NCBI GenBank assembly: GCA_011109175.1
Contig: RDEW01000011.1
Span: 103,036 to 136,035 of the forward strand
DNA length: 33,000 bases
Source of the DNA: Dicyema japonicum
Lineage: Eukaryota > Animalia > Dicyemida
Direction: 5' to 3'
Made by a program: the position numbers and the translations under genes. The notes below the pieces were generated by a model. That model did no database searches. It was given only the letters and a program-made list of their open reading frames with translations, and had not been told where the DNA came from. Of the stretch, positions 10,457 through 20,646 are shown piece after piece. How positions within the stretch are numbered: position 1 is the first letter of the stretch; each line of letters opens with the position of its first letter.

Positions 10457-11908
10457 TTAATTATTTCTGGATATTATGAGAATAATCAATATTAATGTGT
10501 TGAGCAGGAAGAAGATGAACAGGAATTGAGATCCTTTAACGACAATTTTAGTTTTTTGTTCTTTGGTCATTGTAGATTTGTTTTTATTTGACAAATTTGT
10601 TGATTTGATTTTTGTAAACTTTATTAAAGAATGAGTTGTCTTAGTGGTGTAATTATTTGTTAGTTTTTGCCAGTTCTAAATTTAAATCAAGTAAACTATA
10701 TTCGGATATATGCCCAACGTCGAATGCAATTCGATAAGAGAGGAAAAACTTTGCAGACATCATGAAAGTCGTTATAATAAAGAGTCCATACGAAAGCCCC
10801 GGCTATATTTACATTTCGAACAAAATTTGCCTATAATTATGTTGTCAATATTAAACTCTGGCGTGAATTGATTCCATGGATTCACAGCCTATCCAATAGG
10901 CCATATAAAACCCATGCTTAGTTTTAGTCATATTTTGCCAGTTTTCACAAATCTAAATATTTTCATTATATGTAACATCTGTCTGTAAAATTGATTTTTC
11001 GTCGGGATTATCGGTTACTGGTGAATTTTTTGATTCTCCTCTGTATGCATTACAATATGTGTGTACTCCCAAAACAATTTTGGGCAGTGGTACCCCATTA
11101 TTGAACCACAGCTTTAATGTGTTCTCCTAAAATGATTCGAATTAAATACAGCACAATCAGCGTTGTAAGAAGGACATGTTTTTCCCTGTGAAAAACTCAC
11201 CATTGATGTCACGATTAAATAATCGCAAAATCTATTTTACATAAATTAATGGTTCTTACGAAGAAATATGTGACATTAAACTGAATTCGTCAACAAATTG
11301 ATAAATCGTCGCAAGAAGCAAATATGTTTTGATAAATTTTTATTAAACTCACGATATAGAACCTAGGTCTTAAATATTAGAACTTTCATCAATAAAAAAT
11401 ATTTTTTGGGATTACGTGTATTTTCTATGTAAATATTGTACCCATCAAAATGGTATTTTTTGAGAAAATTTTGTACGTTTTCGGCAAATAGTAAAGTCGC
11501 ATTTTGATTGTGGGAAAGTATTTCAATTCTGTTATGACCGTAGCGTTCATAAAGTGTTAAAATTATCTTTAAATTGGGATTTATTAACTTCAGTGAATAA
11601 AGATCGTGGTATTTTTTGAATTCGCTCATTCTATTTATTTCATTATCATATTTTAAGGGAGCCGCTGGAATAGGAGATAGACTATCGATATCAACGTAAG
11701 ATTGATAATATATAATGTGGGTGCAGAGATATGGATAAATTTCACTCAATCTAATTTCACTGCTGAAATGATTCGCGGTTGTGCACATTAAAACTTTACC
11801 TAAAATTGCTGAAAATAATAACTATTTGGATCCATGTGCGTTGTAGGTATAGTCTAAATTATAATTTTGTAAAGATACGCTTATTATGTTTAAAATTAAA
11901 ACTAGCAT
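10457..11908 (-). CDS. GH18 chitinase-like protein, probably catalytically impaired, with a hydrophobic C-terminal tail
   Basis: IYPYLCTHIIY, LKLINPNLKIIL, FLKKYHFDGYNIYIE, WFNNGVPLPKIVLGV and AGAFVWTLYYNDF are GH18 motifs. Short hydrophobic N-terminus. About 8 tiny introns. C-terminus FLFIFFLLNTLILIILII. Confidence 0.85.
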
Positions 11909-12249
11909 TTATAATCCCTCAAAATTATAAAATTTTATTTAAAAATGGTTTGCAGGTCGATAAAAATAAAAAAATTTTGTTGTTTAAATTATTTTTTAAT
12001 TTTATGAATATTTATTAGAATTGACTGTATTATTACATCAATGTTACTTTTTATTATTTTTTACAAAAATATTATGTTGATAAGAAATAAGGCTGTTATT
12101 CTCACTATAGATAATCTAATTGCTAAATTATCTATAATTTTCTATGAAATCCGTTTTTTTATTTTGAGTTATTTCTCTTTTGTTTATAATAAATGCATTC
12201 CGATCATTTAATTTACTTAAATAACGGAAGAGGGCTGTGATCAGAAGAC

Positions 12250-12430
12250 CCAATGAGCTTGTATATGATCGAGGGAGAAGCATCGAGCCAAGCTGAGAGT
12301 CTGAATTAAATTTGTCGGAATCACTTTGCTTTTTCGGGTTAAGGTGGTCTTGGAATAAAGATTTGATTCGACAAGTTACTGTTCTCATGTATTTGTCTAC
12401 TATTCTGTATATATAAAATGATAATCAACA
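12250..12430 (-). mobile_element. Possible Penelope-like GIY-YIG remnant
   Basis: 'DKYMRTVTCRIKSLFQDHL' resembles YxGxTxRxLxxRxxEH. Confidence 0.35.
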
Positions 12431-13699
12431 GGATGCTCAATATGTGTGTACTCACAAAATAAAATGTGGCAACCTGCAAAAAAAAAGACCAGCAAAAACT
12501 GAAACAAAATCAACAAAGGAATGGACTTCATGGCTTGCTTTCAAGGATTCCATATTTCATATGTCGGAATGATTAACAGAGTCCTGACTATCATTACCAA
12601 CTGGAAGTGTCAATTATACAATCTACCAAGAAAAACGACATCCTCACTTCCTTTAAGAAAGTTCTGAAACAGAAGAAATCTCTAAAATTAATTTCAAATC
12701 TGAGATCCACTAAAGACTCTTAATTCAGATCCCCAAAATAGCCAGTATTTTTGCCAAAGACTGTTTATACAAAGTAATGAAAAGGGAATCTTCAGATAAC
12801 TGTGAGGATCGGGTCCGATTAGTTTGCTTCCCCATGCACACTATGCATATTTCATAGAAAAAGGAAGAAGTCATTCACACCAATAGTCAAAGAAAATATC
12901 CACATACTTTCCACTGGGAGCTTCATGGTTGACTCCAAAAACAAAAGTCCCTTAAATTGGCCCAAAATTGTTCCTGAATTATTTGTCGCCAATTTGGGAA
13001 TTTAAAACATCAGGGTATTTCAGATTTTGAATTCATAACTGGTTTAAATTTATGGATTCAAGTCATATTTGTACACAACATAATTAAAACCCGATATTTA
13101 AATTTTTATATCCATCAAATCGTGTTTTGCATATCTCTTTGACGGAATCAGTATATAATAAAGTCTCGTCCATTTGTAAATTTCGTTTTCTTGATAATGT
13201 TTGGAAATTTCTTCAAACTTATCTACAAACCCTATTAGGTCAGGTTGTTTGTCAGTCATCATTTCCCCGTGAAATTTATGCATTCGAAAACCAAGCTTAG
13301 TGTCAAGTTCAGGAAATTTTAACGATTTGCATGTCTTTGTAGAAGGAATAATTTTTAGATGTTTTTAATTTGGAATCTAGGGAAGTAAGGAATATTATTC
13401 ACTATTTTTTGATTTGAATATTAAATAAATAGAAAATCTGTGGCGATTGTATGGCACGGTGTAGTATTGTTCTCGTCTAATATCTCAAAACTTCGAGTTT
13501 TTGGAAACAATTAAGCCTTGACGAGAAACTTCCGAACACTTGGTAAAATTTTTAGTTTGAAATTTTTATTTTTAATAAAATAATAAAAAAGATTAGTAAA
13601 AATAAATTTTATGTTTAATAATGTGTGACCAATTAGAGGGACTTCACTGTATATAGATCCAAAAATGTGTTAAGTAAACTGTCTTCGACACACAACAAT

Positions 13700-14060
13700 T
13701 GAGAAGTGTGATATGCCCCAATCTGTCTGAAGGCGGAATAATTGCTGCTATACTGGAGAAGTCCTCCACAACACTATCCTAATTCTCATACAACCAACAG
13801 ACTCCATTGCACCTAAGCTATTTGTTTCTGAAGATGTAAGCTATGGGACTCTTATTTTCGACCCAAGCAGCACTGGAGGACTTTATGGTCTCCGTCCAGA
13901 GCATTTCTCAGAACATATGCAGCTCTGGCGTCCAGCTTGTGTTGACTATCAAAAACTAATCAACAGGATGCTCACTGAAAAACTACCTGAAACAATTAGT
14001 TTCATCATGTTCTTTTGCAATCAGAGAAGTAGCAGAGAAAAGGATGGCAAACCTTCTGAA
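13700..14060 (+). mobile_element. CRE-clade element remnant (RT N-terminal region)
   Basis: NLSEGGIIAAI, FDPSSTGGLYGLRPEHF (compare GSAGGPDGLRPQHL), LINRMLTEKLP and KDG. Confidence 0.7.
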
Positions 14061-14214
14061 AGAGATGAGTTTCTTGACTCTACATTGTAGAACGAAATTA
14101 ATCATAAGAGAAATCAGAGGTCGCAGGAGGAGAGTCCAGGTGTGGTAAGGAAGCCTAAAAATACCCTTTTACTTTCCTTTGGTAATAAAGTTCGCTAATG
14201 GTTAATGTTTTTTT

Positions 14215-14878
14215 GGTTGAGGTGGTGACGACATCTCTATTGCACTATGTCTTATTCGTATTCTTTACCGACTTCTCCGTTCACTCTGGGAACTTTCAAT
14301 TGCAGAGGACTTAAAAACCTCACAAGAAACACCAACTGGTATGCTACCTAGCCACATGAAGAGGATAGAACTAAACACCAGGTTTAGAATATGCAAAGCT
14401 TTTGTAATCCCAGTACTAACCTGCAACTCTGGAATTTGGGGAATCTCTAAACGGGAAATAGACCGTCTTTACTCCTTCACAGAGCTCAGCTCAAATCGGT
14501 AATCAAGATTAACTGGCCTATGAAGATCTCTGATGCAAACCTTTATAATAAATGCAAATATGGCGTGCTGTCAGAGGATATTTTCTATCAAGACGTCTAA
14601 ATGACCAGGTCCCCTCAAATTCCTGCAATGGTCAACTACTTTGCACACACAGGAGCCGGATTTCGCGGAAGACCAAGAACGACAGTTCCGTCTATCTTGA
14701 ACGAAGACCTATCGGCGGATGGTATGAGACTAACTTCGGCAGACGATCTGAACTACCTAAGAGAACTAGCGGGCAACAGAGGATCATGGTCGAGGTTGAC
14801 GAAGAAGATGATTAGGAATACGGGACAAGGGAAACTTAACTAATTTATGTTTTCTCGGGAGTGCTTTTAATAATAATG
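14215..14878 (+). mobile_element. Internally deleted RTE-like LINE (APE start fused to 3' end)
   Basis: FTLGTFNCRGL at about 14280-14312 is followed within about 300 nt by AMVNYF...FRGRPRTT...DL...LRELAGNRGSW. The tail is GGGAGTGC plus a TAA-rich run. Confidence 0.75.
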
Positions 14879-15009
14879 GCTAATGCTGCCAGAGCAGTCT
14901 GCAAAATTCTAATCTCCGAACTGATCTCAGCTCAACTGGAAGTTAAGATAATAGGATAAGAGTAATTGTGTAAATCAAGGGTTCTCCAGAATAAATAAAC
15001 AAAAAAATC

Positions 15010-15205
15010 TTACAGCGACCGCCTTAACCGCGTGGCTATTCTCGCTCAGAATGGCGAGCGAAATTCGCTCAAATAGCCAGCAGCGGGGATCTCCTGCTCA
15101 TGGAGAAATCCGATTCACTAGATGACTCAAAAATTCCAGCGCAAGAGAACCAAAAGTTTTAACTGCGAGTGAAACAAACAAAAAATCCCCGACTAGGACC
15201 ACATG
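15010..15205 (+). repeat. Dispersed GC-rich repeat, copy 1 (probable LINE 5' end / ORF1 start)
   Basis: Aligns with 32095-32260 (GGCGAGCGARATTCGCTCAAATARCCAGCAGCG...AGAAATCCGATTCACTAG). Confidence 0.8.
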
Positions 15206-15259
15206 CTTTGGACGTTTTGACCTTTCGGTCTTGTCAGCGGCAATCTGTCCTATTTCGGT

Positions 15260-15450
15260 GTTTATTTTGTTCATCATTTTAGAGAAAGTAGACTCACATA
15301 ATTTTTGCGATAGTCAAAATAGCACTGGGAAACATTCCCTGGCGAAAATTTGAATCACTTTCTTATACACTTCTCCATCTGTATAAGGGCGCATATTCTC
15401 CGCCAGAAGGTAACAAATTTCATGCTCATCGATGTTGACGAATGTGCATA
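15260..15450 (-). mobile_element. hAT (Buster/Charlie-type) transposase remnant
   Basis: HEICYLLAENMRPYTDGEVYKKVI resembles the SYxIAxxIAKxxKPFTDGExIK motif. Confidence 0.55.
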
Positions 15451-15699
15451 AATAGGGAAGATTGTCGGAAACATAGGGCCTTCAGCTGTAATAATTTTTG
15501 GACCTTCAAGTCCAAACACAGTAAATTAAAAATCGACGCCTTTCAATATTTATTATGCTTTAAAAAATAATGGTAACTCCACAAATGAATGTGCTTTTCT
15601 ATTAACGTTGATAACAAATAATTGAATTTCCTATTGTTTTTGAATTTCTTTATTGATTTTACCATTTGATATGTGAATGAACGGGGGTTCCAGGGTGGC

Positions 15700-16250
15700 T
15701 CCCAAGATAGAGGTCTTCTTAGTAGGGATCGGGGAATCATATATATTGACTGTTGATTTTATCAGTCTCTTATTCGTGACTTGGTGAACATCGTTACATG
15801 TGACCTACATGGTGGGACTTTTAGGCTGTTCTTCAAGAACCCATCGGATTTGATGTCTCTTGCAGGTCTTGGATGTTTCGTTGCTATCACGAAATCATTA
15901 GCGTACGATGAAGGAACGAGTTGTGGGTAACTGGAAAGGAAAGTCACTAAGGAAAACGTTTAATATCGTTGGAGACAACAGAGATCCTTGTGCCACTTCA
16001 TTCGGAACAAATTGTGCTTTTGATTTTTGGTTATTCATCACCAATTGGCCCCTTCTACCATAACTTGAGTTTGGGGTGGATTGACGTTATGAAAATTTTG
16101 CGGTTAGAATCTTCCGGGAGACTGAGTCAAAAGCTTTCTCGACATCTATCAAAACCACGGTTTTCTCGTTTGGGTTGAGAGTATTCATTGAGGATAATAA
16201 AGTCGTCGAAACTGTCTTATAAGAGAGCACCTAGTTGATCCAGTTGTCGT
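15700..16250 (-). mobile_element. Non-LTR reverse transcriptase remnant
   Basis: VVLIDVEKAFDSV and SYANDFVI (degenerate YADD). Confidence 0.75.
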
Positions 16251-16289
16251 TTATTATTTCATGAAGTTTAGATTCTATTAATTTAAATT

Positions 16290-16606
16290 AGCCGGGTGGC
16301 ATAGTGGTTAGGTTTCGGGCAAAAGTGCTTAGGCTACGGGTTGATTCTCGCTGCTGTTCACCTGGTGGAAGGTTCCACGCATCTACGATACAAAAAGGGC
16401 TTGAAAAGTGACGCCATCATCAGTGGATACTCACTGCGGAACTGGATAGTCTAGAAAGATCCCACACACAAGAATAAAAGAAGTGAAGATCATTCCTTGG
16501 TTCTACGATTAGTTAAAAATTAACTGTTCTTAACTTAAATAAAGTATGTGTCCTGCCTACGTGGAGCTATAAATACTATGGCTCTCGTGAAAAGGCTATT
16601 ATTATT
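16290..16606 (+). mobile_element. tRNA-derived SINE, near full length (about 315 bp)
   Basis: A-box TGGCATAGTGG and degenerate B-box GGTTGATTCTC. The body is shared with other copies (GTGACGCCATCATCAGTG, AGAAGTGAAGA, GTGTCCTGCCT, TATGGCTC). Short TTA-repeat tail. Confidence 0.85.
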
Positions 16607-16812
16607 GCGAGATCTGGTGAGGGATTTTCCTCATGTCTCCGCAGGAAACGTGCAAAACATGACACCATCCACGTCTCTATCAAAATCGAAATTCCTTTAA
16701 AAATATATAAATCGATATTTTTTTAAAATAAAAAATGAAAATTATCATAAAAAAGAATAATATTTAAATGTGAAATAACATAAAGAGGTAGACCTCTTGC
16801 TGTATTAAATAA

Positions 16813-16945
16813 GTAGACCGGATCATAGTGGTTAGTATTCCCGTTTTAGTCGCGATTATCTGTAGGCTCAATTTCCACACAGCCACCTAACAGGTCGAGG
16901 AATCTATGCTTTTATAAAATCCTAAGTGGCGTCAGTTGATCCACT
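16813..16945 (+). mobile_element. Degenerate SINE head
   Basis: CATAGTGGTTAG A-box-like motif and weak colinear similarity to the 16290 copy. Confidence 0.4.
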
Positions 16946-16959
16946 TGTCTTAAAAAACG

Positions 16960-17360
16960 AACAATTTTTGGTCGGCATCCAAAATGAATCTATCTTTCCC
17001 CCTTCACTGGAGGGATTTCCATACTGGCCTATATTGATGGACGCGATAATTAGACAGAATGCGTTTCATTCCGACCATGGGAACTGGATATATAACCTGT
17101 TAAGCCTTATTTATGTTTTAGTGGGCCTATCCCAATTTTTCGCCTTCTTGGGGAATTGTTTAACGGCATATTAAACTCTAATGACCCGGTTTTATCCTAA
17201 GTACATCACATCATTAGATTTGACTAGACGACATGTGTCGTAGCTAACGTTTCCGATAAATTTTTAGGAAACGACATTTCTTGTCGCTGACGCTTTACAG
17301 GTTAATAAGACATTGAGTAACTCAACCTCTCTAGTGTATCAGGGGTTATTATATAAAAAG
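16960..17360 (+). mobile_element. Decayed non-LTR RT fragment
   Basis: 'GFPYWPIL' resembles YRPISL and 'QNAFHSDH' resembles QxGFRxxH. Confidence 0.35.
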
Positions 17361-17659
17361 GTAAATTCACCCATCTAGACGTCGACTGTGTTTCCATGTT
17401 CAGTTTAGACTACAAACGATAATTTTTTAGTAGAAAAATAACTGATTTGTTAGTATTAAAATCACAAAATATAAAAACTCATTGTTGAATGAATGACATG
17501 CTGAGTAGAATTTTAACGGGGGTAGGGTGGGAGAGACTAATATCGAAAATCTTCACGAATAGAATTATAGTTTATATGATTCTATGTTGTTGCTTGTAAT
17601 AATGGGGGTAAGGAGCATTTCGGATAAAAGATAATAATTATGTATACATCAAAATTAAA

Positions 17660-17760
17660 AGTAAAAAAGGAATTTTCGGTTTCTGTGGAGACGTCTAAGT
17701 CCTTGGCCCAAAACATTAGTCCTGTGATCATTTGGGGTAACTCTCAATCCGTTCAGAAGG
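17660..17760 (+). mobile_element. Short CRE RLE-tail fragment
   Basis: 'VSVETS..LGP' across a frameshift, similar to 4515-4545. Confidence 0.4.
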
Positions 17761-17997
17761 TTTGAAACATTAATCGCCAAAAAAATTTGTTATCTTCCGG
17801 TGAATTTTTGATTTAAGATATAAAAAGCACATTAGAACAAATCATGTTTCAGCTGCCAAGAGATAGTGGCATTGTCGAGGACGATGACTATTTTCTGTGA
17901 AAACAGTCTTCGTTCGTAGGAGTCTTGAGTTCTGCAATTGAATTTAAGATTTTATTGACGACTCCTTTACCCTCAATCCTAACCGCTCCAAGGGTTC

Positions 17998-18180
17998 CAA
18001 ATGCTCCTCCAGGCAGGACACTCACTTTAATTAAGTAAAGAACTAATCGATGAGGGAGAACCAAGGAATGCTCTTCACTTCTTTTTTACTTCCTGTTGGG
18101 AGCGAGTCCTTTAGTGCACGACCTGGTTCCACAGTGAAATGTTAACTGATTCACTGATGCGTCACTTGTCAAGCCAAGAA
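17998..18180 (-). mobile_element. SINE, 5'-truncated copy
   Basis: CAGGCAGGACAC...GAACCAAGGAATGCTCTTCACTTC...GCGTCACTTGTCAAGCC is the reverse complement of the SINE body. Confidence 0.85.
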
Positions 18181-18399
18181 TATTTTTAATGAAAATATTT
18201 TAATCATTTTTAAAAGCTGAGACAATGTGAATTAATTTCAAAATCCATAACCCATTAAAATTCTACCATTAATAAATTTATGATTACTAAGGATATCTGA
18301 ATTTTTAATACTTTGATTAGACAAAAACAAGATTTGCACAGATAAAACAATCAGCGAAACAATTACTCGCTAATCACGAGATCTACTTGGAAATTTAAT

Positions 18400-18665
18400 T
18401 ATGATTAAAAATTGTAGTGAAACACTTTTTACGGAATCACACTTTTTCTGCTCGGGGACTTTTGGAAGGAAGTCACGAACAACTTTGCCATAATAACATC
18501 AATCTAAAACATGCAAGAATGGCATTAGAAGATGCAGATGATCTAGACAGCCTCCGAAGAATCGCAATTTCTAGAAGAACGTGGAGGAGTCAGAACGGAT
18601 CATCCGGAGGTGGCTCAAGCGACGGAGAGGATATAACTTTCTTATGTGCATTATTATAATAATTG
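18400..18665 (+). mobile_element. RTE-like LINE 3' remnant
   Basis: LEDADDLDSLRRIAISRRTWR matches the LTSADDLNYLRELAGNRGSW segment at about 14730-14790. Ends in GTGC plus an AT-rich tail. Confidence 0.65.
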
Positions 18666-19291
18666 GTTTTTGAACTATCAGAATAGAAACGTGCAAGATT
18701 ATGGCAATTCAAATAATTGATTGTATAAGAATCAGCACGTGGTTAATTGGAAGGATGATAGTCCATTAAATGTCTACTTCGCTTTATGATGGATGAAAAC
18801 CCATGTCCTCGTTTTTTCATAGCCATGGAAAGATGGACTCAGAAGACATTAGAAACCCGATGTTCTGCACAAATGAATTCTTCAGATGCACGGAGGATCC
18901 CGGTTTTAATTCCGACCCGAAATTGAAAGAACTCGGTCATTTCAGAGGCTCCATGTATATTATTAATCAGTCCAGGGGAATTTAGTATCCTACCACACAT
19001 CCTCTCAAAGCTCCCCCAGGCAGTAATTTCCAATTTCTAATGTTCCGGTGTCTGCTATTTTTGCCTCCCGTAGGCAACACATGGATAGCTTGTATCGTCC
19101 AAGCTCTCGTGCGAGCTGAGGGTTTTATACATAGGATTGAGTCTATGTGATGATAGTTAACGTGATTCTTTGTATTTTGTTAATAAAAATGAGAATTTGA
19201 TAATAAACTAATTTTTATTTTTTTGTAGTTTTTAAAATTTTATTCTGACAGTAAATCATAAGAACGACCAATTTATTGATTCAAAAATTAG

Positions 19292-19703
19292 TCATTGGAC
19301 TGTCGTATTTCTGTATGTGATGTACAGAAAACCGTCTTCGCTTTGATACCTTTTGTGGAGTTCAAACATTGTGTAACTAAATATTGTATTAAATTACCCC
19401 AAAGGAAGCCGATAATTTCTGACAAGTAGATATAATTCATCTCTAGGAGAAAGTTTCAATTTCATTCGAATATAACTGCAAATCGTCTTCAAAGTAATTC
19501 CATCGTCAATTAAGTACTGGTCGTTTGGAAGGCACTCAGAAAAATTATCCGATGAAAATGGAAGTATTATGGTCTTAAAATTATGCTAGATCGATCTTTT
19601 GACGGGTTCACGCAAATTAACTCTGAGCACCTTAATCTTCTATCAACTAAAATTGTAGAGTTAAAATACTCAAATCGAGAGATCTGACATGTGTATCTTT
19701 CAT
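19292..19703 (-). CDS. Divergent ATG8/GABARAP-family ubiquitin-like protein lacking the C-terminal Gly (not in the ORF track)
   Basis: MKDTHVRSLDLIDRRLRCSEL...QYLIDDGITLKTICSYIRMKLKLSPRDELYLLVRN...TMFELHKRYQSEDGFLYITYRNTTVQ*, colinear with Atg8. Three tiny introns; the donor of the second is unclear. Confidence 0.82.
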
Positions 19704-20002
19704 TAATTCTAATTATTTTAAATGTTTCCAAAATTTATTTTTTAATAAAAAATCATTTTTAAATTTATTATTTTTATTTTAACTACAATTTTTTTACTAG
19801 ATACTGATTCCAATGGCCGAGGTTTTCTACGTTTGAGTCCAGGAATTACTAGAAGCTGAGATCACTTAGTTGGCTTTGATCTCTTTTTTCGATGATCTTG
19901 GTGACCTAACTAATTTGATCGGATTCATTCGTAATGTTCGGTGTTAGTAATTCTCGTGATTAAATAAGTTTTCCACACTCCTATATATTTTGTTACCCAT
20001 AC

Positions 20003-20298
20003 AAATAATAAAGATAGTGCACTTTAGAGCCATATCACCTATGGCTCCATCCAGGCAGATCACACTTAATTTAAGTAAAGAACAATTATCATAACTAATC
20101 GTAGAAGGAGAACCAATGAATGCCCTTCCCTTCTTTTTGTTGCGTGTGAGTCCTTTGTAGACGATCCTGTTCGCAGTTAAATATTCATTGATGACGGCGT
20201 CTATCGTAAAGACAAAGCATCGTAGATGCATGGAACCTTCAACCGGAATTCGAACTAGGGACCATCAGGCCTTTGTCAGGCACTTGTTACACTGCTAT
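20003..20298 (-). mobile_element. tRNA-derived SINE, near full length
   Basis: B-box GTTCGAAT on the minus strand (about 20248-20255). Body and tail match the 16290 and 23985 copies. Confidence 0.85.
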
Positions 20299-20646
20299 CC
20301 ATAAAGGATTCGAAATAACCAACTGCGTTTGTTTTTAACCAATAAAAACCAAACTTTCGAAATGGGTAACAAAAATTTAAAACAACTTGGACAAGATTAT
20401 CAACCAGAAGGTCGACAAATATAAGATTTTATTTAAAGACTAAGAATCATGATTGTATTGAAAAAGGAAAGTGATCATTAGATAGTCCCTACCTCTTTAA
20501 TATCTAAGATCAGTCAACTTTTGTATACAATGATAGATAGTGTCCAACAGGTCGGCAGTGATCTGGCTTAGTACAAAAGCTCCACGTGCATAATGTCTTT
20601 AAAATGTAAAAAAACTGAAACAGCCAAAAAATTAAAAAACTCAATA

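Noticed and set aside
13098-13283. 'LMDIKI' as an inositol polyphosphate kinase motif
   Set aside because: It lacks the Pro and the following Gly, a stop follows immediately, and no other family motifs are visible.
19045-19120. HDV-like ribozyme (GCC-TCCCGTA-GGC)
   Set aside because: Only a P3/L3-like hairpin. P1 and P2 could not be paired convincingly.
19292-19294. Stop-codon reassignment (TGA read as Gly)
   Set aside because: I saw no in-frame TGA at conserved positions in GLDC, EIF3F or YPEL5, and GLDC ends in TGA.
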